A stretch of DNA of 37,384 nucleotides, from assembly GCA_043804515.1 (NCBI GenBank), contig JAZDIZ010000060.1:1-37384 (forward strand). Direction: 5' to 3'. A program made the position numbers and the translations under genes. Below are positions 1 to 8,468 of this stretch, piece after piece. The notes under the pieces were generated by a model. That model did no database searches. It was not told the origin of the DNA and was given only the letters and a program-made list of their open reading frames with translations. The stretch comes from Pseudomonadota bacterium. Its GTDB lineage: Bacteria; Bdellovibrionota_G; JALEGL01; DATDPG01. Within the stretch, counting starts at the first letter, position 1. Each line of letters starts with the position of its first letter.

Positions 1-734
1 AGGTGGATCAGGATCTCTTCAAATCCGTGATCTCCGGGACACTCAGTTCGCCGTCTCCGCTCGACGCAACCGCCGACGGCGGAGAACTGGGGATGTATTC
101 TCTCCACCGGATGCTCACGGAGCTTACGCAAGAGGCGCAAATCCGCGGATTCTTGAGACCTGCCACGCCGCTCGTGGTGATCTTCATGTCGGATGAAAAC
201 GATATCTGCGCGGTTTACCCGCCGGACGTCGATCCTGTGCCGGATCCGGATGAGTTGGAACCTGGGACGCGCGCTCGGTATTGCGGCGACTTCACTGCCG
301 ATTCGCTCTATGCCGAGGCGAAACAAGAAACCGGGGGAGCCGCGGTCCAGTTCTCCGGGATCATCAATCCTCCAGGGTTCGTGACCCCTGACGGAACGGA
401 GAAGGAGACGGGATACGGCTATTTGGACGCCATATACGCCTCGTCCGGCGTCGTCGTGGACCTCAACTCGGATTTTTCGGGGCTCAGGAACCTGGGCAAC
501 GCGATCAACGCGCTGGCCGCGGAGATCCAGCGGAGGTTCCTGCTGAATCCTCCGGAGGGGACGGCCGTGAACCCGAATAGCATCCATGTCACGGTGGACG
601 ACAATGACGGCCAGGGGGCCCAGTCTGTCACGTTTCGTTTTGACCCGACCGACAATTCGGTGGTCCTGGATTACGCCGGGCACGATGGCTCGCTCGTCCA
701 GATCTCCTATCGGGTGGTCCCGATTCGTTCCTAG
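1..734 (+). CDS. 5'-truncated vWA-like domain protein with a C-terminal beta-rich domain
   Basis: The ORF is open from the window edge. LVVIFMSDEND resembles the late MIDAS Asp strand of vWA domains. The C-terminal 'NPNSIHVTVD...FRFDPTDNSVVL...VQISY' tail resembles Bdellovibrio/myxobacterial secreted vWA proteins. The DxSxS motif would lie outside the window. Confidence 0.5.
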   Translation, partial: VDQDLFKSVISGTLSSPSPLDATADGGELGMYSLHRMLTELTQEAQIRGFLRPATPLVVIFMSDENDICAVYPPDVDPVPDPDELEPGTRARYCGDFTADSLYAEAKQETGGAAVQFSGIINPPGFVTPDGTEKETGYGYLDAIYASSGVVVDLNSDFSGLRNLGNAINALAAEIQRRFLLNPPEGTAVNPNSIHVTVDDNDGQGAQSVTFRFDPTDNSVVLDYAGHDGSLVQISYRVVPIRS

Positions 735-788
735 ATCCCGATCATTCACGAGGGAAACGACATGTTTGCCGCTGATACCAAAGAAACC

Positions 789-831
789 CCGGAAACCGGT
801 CTCCGGAGTTCGTTGATCCGGTACCGGATCA
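789..831. repeat. Two adjacent palindromes at the 3' end of four-helix-bundle gene A
   Basis: TGATCCGGTACCGGATCA (814-831) is a perfect 18-bp palindrome that includes the gene's stop codon. CCGGAAACCGGTCTCCGG (789-806) is an 18-bp palindrome with one mismatched pair. Confidence 0.8.
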
Positions 832-1131
832 GTTATCCGAACTGTAAGTGAGTCGGTACAAACCCGCTCCCACTCGATCCGCAATCGCAAACTCCTCGGG
901 TCTCTTCAGGAGGTCCAAGATGGCCTGAACCTCCCTCAAAGATCCCAAGGCAATGGCATAGAACCGCCTTCTTTCCTTGGGTGTCGGCTTGGCCGATCCT
1001 TCCGCCAAGTTCAACACCACACTCAGCGCCGCCCGAAGAAGCTGGTCTTTTACATATCCCCGGGCTTTGAGCCCTTCACATCGCCCCAAGAGCTCTTTCG
1101 ACTGTTGATAGGTCCTGAAGTTTTCAAGCAT
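829..1131 (-). CDS. Four helix bundle protein A (23S rRNA intervening sequence / Avd-like family)
   Basis: 100 aa with the family signature F..YQ, DQLLRAALSVVLNLAEG, RFYAIALGSLREVQ. GGAGG RBS lies just upstream of the ATG on the minus strand. Confidence 0.9.
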   Translation of the reverse strand: MLENFRTYQQSKELLGRCEGLKARGYVKDQLLRAALSVVLNLAEGSAKPTPKERRRFYAIALGSLREVQAILDLLKRPEEFAIADRVGAGLYRLTYSSDN

Positions 1132-1140
1132 GGTTTCCTC

Positions 1141-1188
1141 CCGAAAAATTTTGCGCCCTCAAAATTGTGGGGGCGCAAAATTTTTCGG
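1141..1188. repeat. Perfect 18-bp inverted repeat between the divergent four-helix-bundle genes
   Basis: CCGAAAAATTTTGCGCCC (1141-1158) and GGGCGCAAAATTTTTCGG (1171-1188), with a 12-nt spacer. The RBSs of both genes abut the stem base. Confidence 0.95.
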
Positions 1189-1198
1189 AGGTGGTTCC

Positions 1199-1504
1199 AT
1201 GCTTGAGTCGTTTCGGACCTATCAACTGGCCGTAAGGCTTCATGGCGAATGTAAGAAGCTGAAATTGCCCGGTTATTTAAGGCTTCAGCTTCTTCGGGCG
1301 TCATCGAGTATCTGTTTGAACTTGGCGGAGGGGACATCCCGGCCAAGCCGGAAGGAGAAGCAGAGGTTTTATGCGATCGCGTTTGGGAGTTTACGGGAGG
1401 TTCAGGCGATTATGGACTTGGAGAGAGGGATTCCGAGGGAGGGATTGGATCTCATCGATCATTTGGGAGCCTGTCTGTATCGCCTAACATTCCCATCCAA
1501 CTGA
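1199..1504 (+). CDS. Four helix bundle protein B (23S rRNA intervening sequence / Avd-like family)
   Basis: Start reassigned to ATG 1199, based on GGAGG at 1187-1191 and alignment with the paralog N-terminus (MLESFRTYQ vs MLENFRTYQ). Motifs QLLRASSSICLNLAEG and RFYAIAFGSLREVQ. About 55% identical to gene A by manual alignment. Confidence 0.9.
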   Translation: MLESFRTYQLAVRLHGECKKLKLPGYLRLQLLRASSSICLNLAEGTSRPSRKEKQRFYAIAFGSLREVQAIMDLERGIPREGLDLIDHLGACLYRLTFPSN

Positions 1505-1613
1505 TCCCGGACCACCGGGACCGGGACTGATGCCAGCCTGCCCGCTGCCGGAATCTGGGCGATCGTTCCTCTCTGGATCGGACAGGGAAGGTGTGGTAGG
1601 AGCTGAAACCCTC

Positions 1614-2213
1614 ATGAAAAACGCAACACGGTTGATTATAACGGGCGCCTGTTTTGGGCTCATTTTTGCGTGCCACAAAGGCGCACCTTTCAAGGCGATG
1701 CCCAAAGGGCCGACGGCCGAAGCGGTCTTGAACGAGTATGGCATCGGTCCCGACGACACGCTCCTGGTCGATGTCTGGAAGCACCCGGAACTTTCACGTG
1801 AAGTGATCGTGCGTCCCGACGGATTCATCTCCCTTCCGCTGGTCAATGATGTGCGGGCTTCGGGAGTCACCGCCCGGGACCTCTCGACCCTGCTCAAGGC
1901 CCGGTTCAAGGACTTCGTGGAGGATCCCGAAGTGGCCGTGGCCGTGAAGATCGCGAACAGCTACAAGATCTACGTCGTCGGGAAGGTCGCGACCTCCGGG
2001 ATGTTCACGGTTAAAACCCCCACGTCCGTTCTTCAGGCCGTGGCGATGGCCGGTGGGTTCACCCCGTTCGCTTCACCCGACAACATGCTGGTCCTCAGGA
2101 AGGAGAACGGGCAGGACATCCGGCTCGACGCGAGCTACGACGACATCGTCAAGGGGCGGCACCCGGAAAAGAACATCACACTGAGACCCGGCGACACCCT
2201 GGTCGTCCCGTAA
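1614..2213 (+). CDS. wza: Polysaccharide export lipoprotein (Wza/OPX family; Poly_export + SLBB)
   Basis: Motifs YGIGPDDTLLVDVW, VRPDGFISLPLV, IYVVGKV, QAVAMAGGFT, LRPGDTLVVP. Start at ATG 1614 after AGGAG, with a lipobox-like LIFA-C. Confidence 0.9.
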   Translation: MKNATRLIITGACFGLIFACHKGAPFKAMPKGPTAEAVLNEYGIGPDDTLLVDVWKHPELSREVIVRPDGFISLPLVNDVRASGVTARDLSTLLKARFKDFVEDPEVAVAVKIANSYKIYVVGKVATSGMFTVKTPTSVLQAVAMAGGFTPFASPDNMLVLRKENGQDIRLDASYDDIVKGRHPEKNITLRPGDTLVVP

Positions 2214-2225
2214 TCGGATTCCGGG

Positions 2226-3431
2226 ATGGGTTTTCGGTCGAGATCCAGCCGCCTCTTTGCGGCATGCGCGGGGCTGGCATTCTTGTCGGGGCCGCCAACC
2301 GTCCAATCCGCCGAATACCATCTGATCCCCGCGCTCTCGATCTCCGAGATCTACAATGACAACGTGTTCGGTTCGGGCACAGTCAAAACCGCCGACTGGA
2401 TTTCGACGCCCGAACCTTCCCTGGGGCTGTCGATCACCGGTGCCGAACACAAACAATTGTTCAGCTATTCGATGCCGTTCGAGTTCTTTTGGAAGAGAAG
2501 CGAGCTGAACACGATTTCGTACTTGGGTTCCTACAAGGCGGACTTCCAGGCGGACCCGAGACTTCTCTTGACGTTTTCTCAACGCACCAGCTACAGCCCC
2601 GAGATTGCCACCTCGATTTTTCCCGAGGCCTCCACGCAACCTGAGACCTTCCGGAAAAAATCGCTTCGGAACGCGACCGAATTTGGGCCACGTCTGAAGT
2701 GGACGGAACGGACCGACGTCGCCGCTCTCAGCCGAGTTTTCTTTCAAAAATTCAACGGGGCCACTCCCGTTCCCGGTGCGTTTACGGCCACGAACACATT
2801 TCAAGCCGGCGAGACGGTCAGCGTGGAGCATCGACTCTCGGAGCGGGACACGCTCCTATCCGGGGTTTCGTACGACCACTTCTGGTTTGAGGGCGAATCC
2901 AACGCCACGAGTATCGGCCCGGAGTTGGGCTGGAACCGGAAATGGTTTTCTTCGTTCGAGACCCGAACCGCCGCCGGTCTTTTGGAGGCGTGGCAGGGGG
3001 GAGGAAGTTCGCTTAGCGTCACAGGATCCGGTTCGGCCTTCTACAAGTTGGTCCCTTGGGACGTTCACGTCCTGTACACGAGAGGCCTGGTCGGAACTCC
3101 ACTCTCCGGAGGTGCGGTTTCGGCAGACACCGTTTCGCTGGGTTCGACGTATAGTTTCCGCGATGTGGGGTCATTCGGGTTGGGCGGCGGGTACTTCCGA
3201 ACGGGCTTGGGTTCTTCGGTCGGAGGACACCTGAGCGGTGTCTTCGGCGATGCATTGTTCGTGATGCGCTTGAGTCGATGGATCACGGCGTCAGCCTCGT
3301 ATGAGTACCGCGTCCAATATGGTGAGCCGTCCACGCCCACGTCGATCGGGGCGGACTTCACACGAAATCGCGCCGTGATAACGCTAAGCGTTAGTCCTCC
3401 CGTTGTGGAAGAAGCACCTAAGCGTCTGTAA
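2226..3431 (+). CDS. Outer-membrane beta-barrel protein associated with polysaccharide export
   Basis: Signal peptide, LSISEIYNDNVF and DWISTPEP N-terminal motifs, alternating beta-strand pattern and C-terminal 'DFTRNRAVITLSV'. Lies next to the short Wza, as in PEP-CTERM-type EPS loci. Confidence 0.75.
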   Translation: MGFRSRSSRLFAACAGLAFLSGPPTVQSAEYHLIPALSISEIYNDNVFGSGTVKTADWISTPEPSLGLSITGAEHKQLFSYSMPFEFFWKRSELNTISYLGSYKADFQADPRLLLTFSQRTSYSPEIATSIFPEASTQPETFRKKSLRNATEFGPRLKWTERTDVAALSRVFFQKFNGATPVPGAFTATNTFQAGETVSVEHRLSERDTLLSGVSYDHFWFEGESNATSIGPELGWNRKWFSSFETRTAAGLLEAWQGGGSSLSVTGSGSAFYKLVPWDVHVLYTRGLVGTPLSGGAVSADTVSLGSTYSFRDVGSFGLGGGYFRTGLGSSVGGHLSGVFGDALFVMRLSRWITASASYEYRVQYGEPSTPTSIGADFTRNRAVITLSVSPPVVEEAPKRL

Positions 3432-3558
3432 TATAAAAAGAAAACAGAGGTACGACGCGAGACGTCGAAAAATCTTGCTCTTGACGCCGCGGTGTATTAT
3501 AAAAGCTGCGCCAAAGGCCTCGCCCCCATCGCAGGTCCCCGCGGCAGTTGGAGGCTGG

Positions 3559-5007
3559 ATGTCTACGGAAGTTCAAAGTCTTCGGCGAACGTTGGTTTCC
3601 TACATCAACCTGTTCCATAGGTTAAAGGAACACCGTCGCCTGATCTTGCGGATCGCCTCGGGAGGGGCGGTGTTGTCTATTGCCGTCGCGTTCCTGATTC
3701 CGCGGGTCTATCAATCCAGCACATTAATCATGGTTCAATCGCAGAAATTGCCCTCGAGCTATGTTCAGTCCGCGATCTCCGTGGATCTGGGCGAGCGCCT
3801 CCGCACACTGACTCCCCAGATCATGAGCCGGGCCCGCCTGGAACAGATCATCCAAAAATTCGATCTGTACGGCGCCGGAAACGATCCCAAGGAAATGGAA
3901 CGGAAAGTGGATTCGATGCGGAAAGCGATCGACATCCAGGTGAAGGGGGAGGACACATTCCGGATTTATTTCAAGGACCGGTCGCCTCAGGTGGCCCAGA
4001 AGGTCACCGAAGATCTCGCGCGCCTTTTCATTGCGGAGAATTTGAGGGACCGAGCCCAGCAGGCGTTGAGCACGTCGGAGTTCCTCGACAGCGAATTGCA
4101 GGACCTCAAACGGCAGCTCGAGAGACAGGAAGCGTCCCTTCGATTTTACAAGGAAAAGCACCTCGGCGTCCTTCCCGAGCAGCAGAACGCCAATTTGCGC
4201 GCCTTGGACCGTTTCCAGGGCCAGTACCAGGCCAACGGCGAAGCCCTCCAAGCGGCGCGGGAGCAGAAAGCCGCGATCGAAGGTCAGATTTCCAAGGAGA
4301 ACAATGACGGCCTCTTCGTCGTTCCATCGGAGCCTCAGCTCGAGAAGCTGCGGGCCGAACTGGGCGAAAAAAGGGCCCAGCTCACCGACCGTCATCCGGA
4401 TGTCCGGGCGCTGGTGCACAAGATCGACGAGATGGAAAAGAAACTTTCCAACCTCCAAGCCAACGGGTCCACTCAGCCCTCGAAGCGCGACCCGTACACA
4501 CAGAGCATTCTGGACAAGCAGGACCAGGTGAACCACGAAATCGCCCGGCTCGAAACCGACCAGCAGACGCTGACGGAGAACATCAACCAGTACCAGGGAA
4601 GGATCGAAAGCCTTCCGGGCGTGGAGGAAAAGCTCACGCTTCTGACGCGCGACTACGAGACCACGCGCGCGAACTATCAGGCCCTCCTGAACAAGAAATT
4701 CGAAGCGCGGCTTTCCATGAACTTGGAGAAGAAACAAAAGGACGAGGCGTACAAAATACTGGATCCCGCGTATCTCCCCGTGGCGCCGGCTTCACCGGCC
4801 AGGGCCCTGATCGTCATTGCCGGATTTATCTTCTCGATGCTCGCCGGACTCGGAACGGCGTTCGTGATCGAATCGCTGGATACGACCATCCGGGACGAAG
4901 CCGATCTCGAAAACATTTCGAAAGTCCCGGTCATCGCCGTGATCCCCAACTTGGACCGCATCGGAACAAGTGGGCCCGATCACTCCGAACGACAGGCGAC
5001 AGGTTAA
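3559..5007 (+). CDS. Polysaccharide chain-length determinant / copolymerase (Wzc N-terminal part, GumC-like)
   Basis: N-terminal TM, P..YQSSTLIMV, long coiled coil with LTDRHPDV, ILDPAYLP..PASP, second TM and LDTTIRDEADL...PVIAVIP. Start reassigned to ATG 3559 after GGAGG. Confidence 0.9.
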   Translation: MSTEVQSLRRTLVSYINLFHRLKEHRRLILRIASGGAVLSIAVAFLIPRVYQSSTLIMVQSQKLPSSYVQSAISVDLGERLRTLTPQIMSRARLEQIIQKFDLYGAGNDPKEMERKVDSMRKAIDIQVKGEDTFRIYFKDRSPQVAQKVTEDLARLFIAENLRDRAQQALSTSEFLDSELQDLKRQLERQEASLRFYKEKHLGVLPEQQNANLRALDRFQGQYQANGEALQAAREQKAAIEGQISKENNDGLFVVPSEPQLEKLRAELGEKRAQLTDRHPDVRALVHKIDEMEKKLSNLQANGSTQPSKRDPYTQSILDKQDQVNHEIARLETDQQTLTENINQYQGRIESLPGVEEKLTLLTRDYETTRANYQALLNKKFEARLSMNLEKKQKDEAYKILDPAYLPVAPASPARALIVIAGFIFSMLAGLGTAFVIESLDTTIRDEADLENISKVPVIAVIPNLDRIGTSGPDHSERQATG

Positions 5008-5017
5008 GGAGTCAGCC

Positions 5018-5776
5018 GTGACACCCCCTCTGAAAAGCGAAAACCAGATCCAAAACCGACTTGAACTGACCGCGGACCACATCCGGGCGCTTCCGACCAT
5101 GCTTCTCTCGCCCGTGCGAATCCCGCCGGTCCTCGTGATGCTTAAAGAACACAACTCGCCGGCGGCGGAACAGTACCGTCTGCTCGCCCACACGGTCGAG
5201 AAGCTGATCGCGGAAAAACCGGGAATCACCATCGGTGTTTCGAGCGCCGTGGAAGGGGAAGGAAAGACCGTAACGTCGCTCAACCTGGCGTTAGCCCTGG
5301 CGGAGACCAAGGTTCGACAAGTAGCGCTCATCGACGCGGATTTTCGGGGCGGCCAAGTGGCACAGACACTGGGCTTGGGGGAGGTTCCCGGCCTTACGGA
5401 GGCCCTGCAAGGCTCGCTGCAGATCTCCAGGATCGTGCGGCGCGTGGAAAAGAACCTGGTAATCCTGCCCGGCGGGGCGAGGACCTCACAGCCCCTCGGC
5501 CTTCTCCGGTCAGCGGCGTGGCACGAACTCGTGGGATCTTTGCGGGCTCACTTCGACTGCATTGTGGTCGATTGCCCTCCCATCTGCATTTCGGAGGAAA
5601 TGCCCGTTCTGGACGACATTATTGACAAATTGATCCTGGTGGTGCGCTCCGGAGTCACCCGGCAGGAGACGTTGCGTGACGCTCTTGACCTGGTGCCGCC
5701 GGGAAAGATGGCCGGCCTGGTCTTGAATGCCGTTCCGCTCTCGGCGCGCCGATACCGACCGTACAAACGGGAGTAG
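5018..5776 (+). CDS. Protein tyrosine kinase, CpsD/CapB family (Wzc C-terminal part)
   Basis: AEQYRLL, Walker A SSAVEGEGKT, A' LIDADFR, Walker B IVVDCPP, GLVLN. GTG start at 5018 after AAGGAG. Confidence 0.9.
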   Translation: MTPPLKSENQIQNRLELTADHIRALPTMLLSPVRIPPVLVMLKEHNSPAAEQYRLLAHTVEKLIAEKPGITIGVSSAVEGEGKTVTSLNLALALAETKVRQVALIDADFRGGQVAQTLGLGEVPGLTEALQGSLQISRIVRRVEKNLVILPGGARTSQPLGLLRSAAWHELVGSLRAHFDCIVVDCPPICISEEMPVLDDIIDKLILVVRSGVTRQETLRDALDLVPPGKMAGLVLNAVPLSARRYRPYKRE

Positions 5777-5780
5777 CAAA

Positions 5781-7166
5781 ATGGCGGGTGTATCCGGATA
5801 TCGAGTGCATAAGCTCCTGTTTGTGGGCGAAACGCTGCTTATGATGGTGGCCGGAATCGCGGCTTTCGCGCTGCGTTTCGAGTTCTCGACATGGAGTCTG
5901 TCCGATTACCCCAATCTGTTTCCGAAGCTGCTGCTGGCGGTGTTGGTGACGCAACTCTGCCTCTATTACAACGACCTTTATCATTTTCGAAGGATGGGCC
6001 AACTTCACAACCTGATCCTCGCGGTCCTCCAAGGATTGGGTGCGGCCGTGGTTGTTCTCCTGGGGATCTATTACGCGTTTCCCTCTGTCCTGATCGGGCG
6101 CGGCGTGTTTTTCCTGATGATAGTCCTGTTTTTCATGGTCGCGTTCTTCAATCGCCTGGGTCTTCAGCTACTCTCGCGCAACGGCTACCTGTCTCAGAAC
6201 GTCCTGGTGCTGGGGTCGGACGAAAGCGCGGTCTCCATCCTCAGATACCTTGGCGAACCACGCCGGTTCGCTTACCGCCACGTCGGTTTTCTGGAGGAGG
6301 ACCTCGCACATCTGGGTTCGTACCAGGGTGTCGGGCGGATCGTGGGCTCCTACAAAAATCTCTTCCAGACGGCTCTGAGGGAGCGCCTGGACCTCATCAT
6401 CGTAGCGTTGGAGGATCGGCGGGGAAAACTCCCCCTGGCGGAACTTGCGGAGTGCAAGCTCCATGGGATCCAGGTCCTGGATGCAGCACGGTTTTGGGAA
6501 GCCGAGAAGGGCGTGATTTCGATGCGCGACATCCGGCCGAGCTGGCTCATTTTTTCCGACGGCTTTCGCCAGTCGCGCGTGAGCATGCTGATCAAGGAGG
6601 TCCTGGAGTTCACGATCGCGCTCTCCGTCCTCGTGGTCACGGCGCCTATCATGGCCCTGTGCGCGATCGCGATCCGCTTGAACACTCCCGGGCCGATCTT
6701 TTACCGGCAGGTCCGTGTGGGAGAACGGGGCCGGGTGTTCACGCTGCTCAAGTTCCGGTCGATGCGGGCGGATGCCGAGGCGGACGGCAACGCGCAGTGG
6801 GCGGCGGAGGACGACCCGAGGGTGACCCGGGTCGGGCGCATCCTTAGAAAGTACCGGCTGGACGAACTGCCGCAGCTTTTCAACGTCATCCGGGGCCAGA
6901 TGAGCTTGGTGGGCCCGAGGCCGGAGCGCCCGCAGTTTGTGGACGCCCTGTTGCAACAGGTGCCGTGTTATGCGCAAAGGCTTGCGGTAAAGCCCGGCGT
7001 GACGGGACTTGCTCAGGTCCGGATGCGCTACGGCGCATCCGTGGACGACGCGATGAAGAAACTGGAATACGACCTCTACTACGTCAAGAACCTGTCGATT
7101 TCCCTCGATTTCGCGATCTTATTGGACACACTGAAAGTCGTTCTCCTCGGAAAAGGCGCCAGGTAA
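5781..7166 (+). CDS. Priming undecaprenyl-phosphate sugar phosphotransferase (WbaP/CpsE family, PEP-CTERM-associated type)
   Basis: Four N-terminal TMs and a CoA-binding-like central domain. RPSWLIFSDGF, GPIFYRQVRVG, KFRSM, DPRVTRVG, RLDELPQL, MSLVGPRPERP, KPGVTGLAQV, KLEYDLYY. ATG at 5781. Confidence 0.95.
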   Translation: MAGVSGYRVHKLLFVGETLLMMVAGIAAFALRFEFSTWSLSDYPNLFPKLLLAVLVTQLCLYYNDLYHFRRMGQLHNLILAVLQGLGAAVVVLLGIYYAFPSVLIGRGVFFLMIVLFFMVAFFNRLGLQLLSRNGYLSQNVLVLGSDESAVSILRYLGEPRRFAYRHVGFLEEDLAHLGSYQGVGRIVGSYKNLFQTALRERLDLIIVALEDRRGKLPLAELAECKLHGIQVLDAARFWEAEKGVISMRDIRPSWLIFSDGFRQSRVSMLIKEVLEFTIALSVLVVTAPIMALCAIAIRLNTPGPIFYRQVRVGERGRVFTLLKFRSMRADAEADGNAQWAAEDDPRVTRVGRILRKYRLDELPQLFNVIRGQMSLVGPRPERPQFVDALLQQVPCYAQRLAVKPGVTGLAQVRMRYGASVDDAMKKLEYDLYYVKNLSISLDFAILLDTLKVVLLGKGAR

Positions 7167-7199
7167 GCTGGCTGGCGGAGTCCGGGCCGGGGCATTGAG

Positions 7200-8468
7200 A
7201 TGGCGTACCTGTTACTTCTGGCGACGCTGGTAACGTTCTACGTCCGACCGGGGGACATCAATCCCGCGCTCGCAGGCGTTCCGATTCTGCCCACGCTGGC
7301 GGTTCTCTTTGCCCTGTCCGTGATGGTGTCTTGGATGGCCCGGCTTTCGAAGCCGGTACTCTCCCCCCATCTCTGGTGGATCATGGGTACATGGGGAGCG
7401 TTTGTCTTTTCTCACGCCGGACGCGGTTATCTGGAGATGACGACCCAGACCTTCACCGGCTTTTTTCCCAACGTATTCGTGGTTTTCGCCATGACGTTCG
7501 TATTGAACTCCGAGCGGAGGCTCAAGGGCTTTTCCACGCTTTGGATACTCTTGGCGCTCTTCCTGGCCGTGGCCGGCATCGTTCAGAGCGTCACGGGAAC
7601 CGGATTGGGAGGTCAGCCGCTGATCAAGGGGAGAATCCAAGGGGTAGGGATCTTTGCCGACCCCAACGATCTGGCGCTCGCTTTTTTGATCGCGGTTCCG
7701 CTTGCGCATGCACGATTTCGCTTGAGTGGGACTTGGGGACGGGTGGCCTATTACGCCCTGGCCGCCGTCTTCACATATGCCACGTTCCTGACCAACTCCA
7801 GGGGGGGAATTCTGGCTCTGCTGCTTGTGTTTTTCGCGCTGTCGGCGCACCGCCTCGGTCCTAAAATGGGGGTCGCCCTCGGGTCCCTCCTCGTTCTCGC
7901 CCTGCTGGCGATCGGCCCGTCCCGAATCAACCAGATCAGCTCCAAAGAGGAGTCGGCGCAAGGGCGAATTGTGGCCTGGTCCGAGGGGCTTCAGATGCTC
8001 AAAAGAAGCCCCCTCATCGGCGTGGGATACGGCATGTTTACGGATTATCACCCCCTGACCGCGCACAACTCCTTCGTGCTTTGCTTCGCCGAGACGGGGC
8101 TTCTCGGGGCGTTCTTCTGGATCGGGCTCATATACGTTTCCTTGCTGGGCCTTCGGCGGGTGGTGAAGACGGGCGGGACGGATCCACCGGCCGCAAAGTT
8201 GGTGACGTGGTCCAAAGGGACGCAGGTCGCGTTTCTGGGTTTTCTGTCCGGGATTTTTTTCCTCTCGAGGACGTACAACATTCTCCTCTATCTCCTGGTG
8301 GGCTTTGCTTCGGCTGTCTATTGTGCGGCGAAGAGCGCACAGCCGGACGTTTCTTTCCGTCTCACGCTCCGGGACCGCTTCAAGATCGCGGGAATCGTCG
8401 TGGGCGGCATCATCCTGACGTACGTCCTGGTGAAAACGCTGGCGGTTTGGACGGGCGGGTTTTACTGA
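7200..8468 (+). CDS. O-antigen ligase / Wzy-type polysaccharide polymerase family membrane protein
   Basis: About 10-12 TM segments with motifs GIFADPNDLA, TNSRGG, PLIGVGYG and TAHNSFVLCFAETGLLG. Confidence 0.85.
   Translation: MAYLLLLATLVTFYVRPGDINPALAGVPILPTLAVLFALSVMVSWMARLSKPVLSPHLWWIMGTWGAFVFSHAGRGYLEMTTQTFTGFFPNVFVVFAMTFVLNSERRLKGFSTLWILLALFLAVAGIVQSVTGTGLGGQPLIKGRIQGVGIFADPNDLALAFLIAVPLAHARFRLSGTWGRVAYYALAAVFTYATFLTNSRGGILALLLVFFALSAHRLGPKMGVALGSLLVLALLAIGPSRINQISSKEESAQGRIVAWSEGLQMLKRSPLIGVGYGMFTDYHPLTAHNSFVLCFAETGLLGAFFWIGLIYVSLLGLRRVVKTGGTDPPAAKLVTWSKGTQVAFLGFLSGIFFLSRTYNILLYLLVGFASAVYCAAKSAQPDVSFRLTLRDRFKIAGIVVGGIILTYVLVKTLAVWTGGFY

Noticed and set aside
829..1504. Diversity-generating retroelement, suggested by the Avd-like proteins
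   Set aside because: No reverse transcriptase and no template/variable repeat pair with adenine-specific mismatches were seen in the window.
829..1504. 23S rRNA intervening sequence
   Set aside because: The flanks are protein-coding genes, and no rRNA sequence is recognisable.
3475..3503. Internal sigma70 promoter before the chain-length gene (TTGACG / TATTAT / TATAAA)
   Set aside because: The region is AT-rich and plausible, but the best -35 and -10 hexamers are not at a 16-18 nt spacing. The 17-nt pair TTGCTC/TATAAA lacks the conserved final T.
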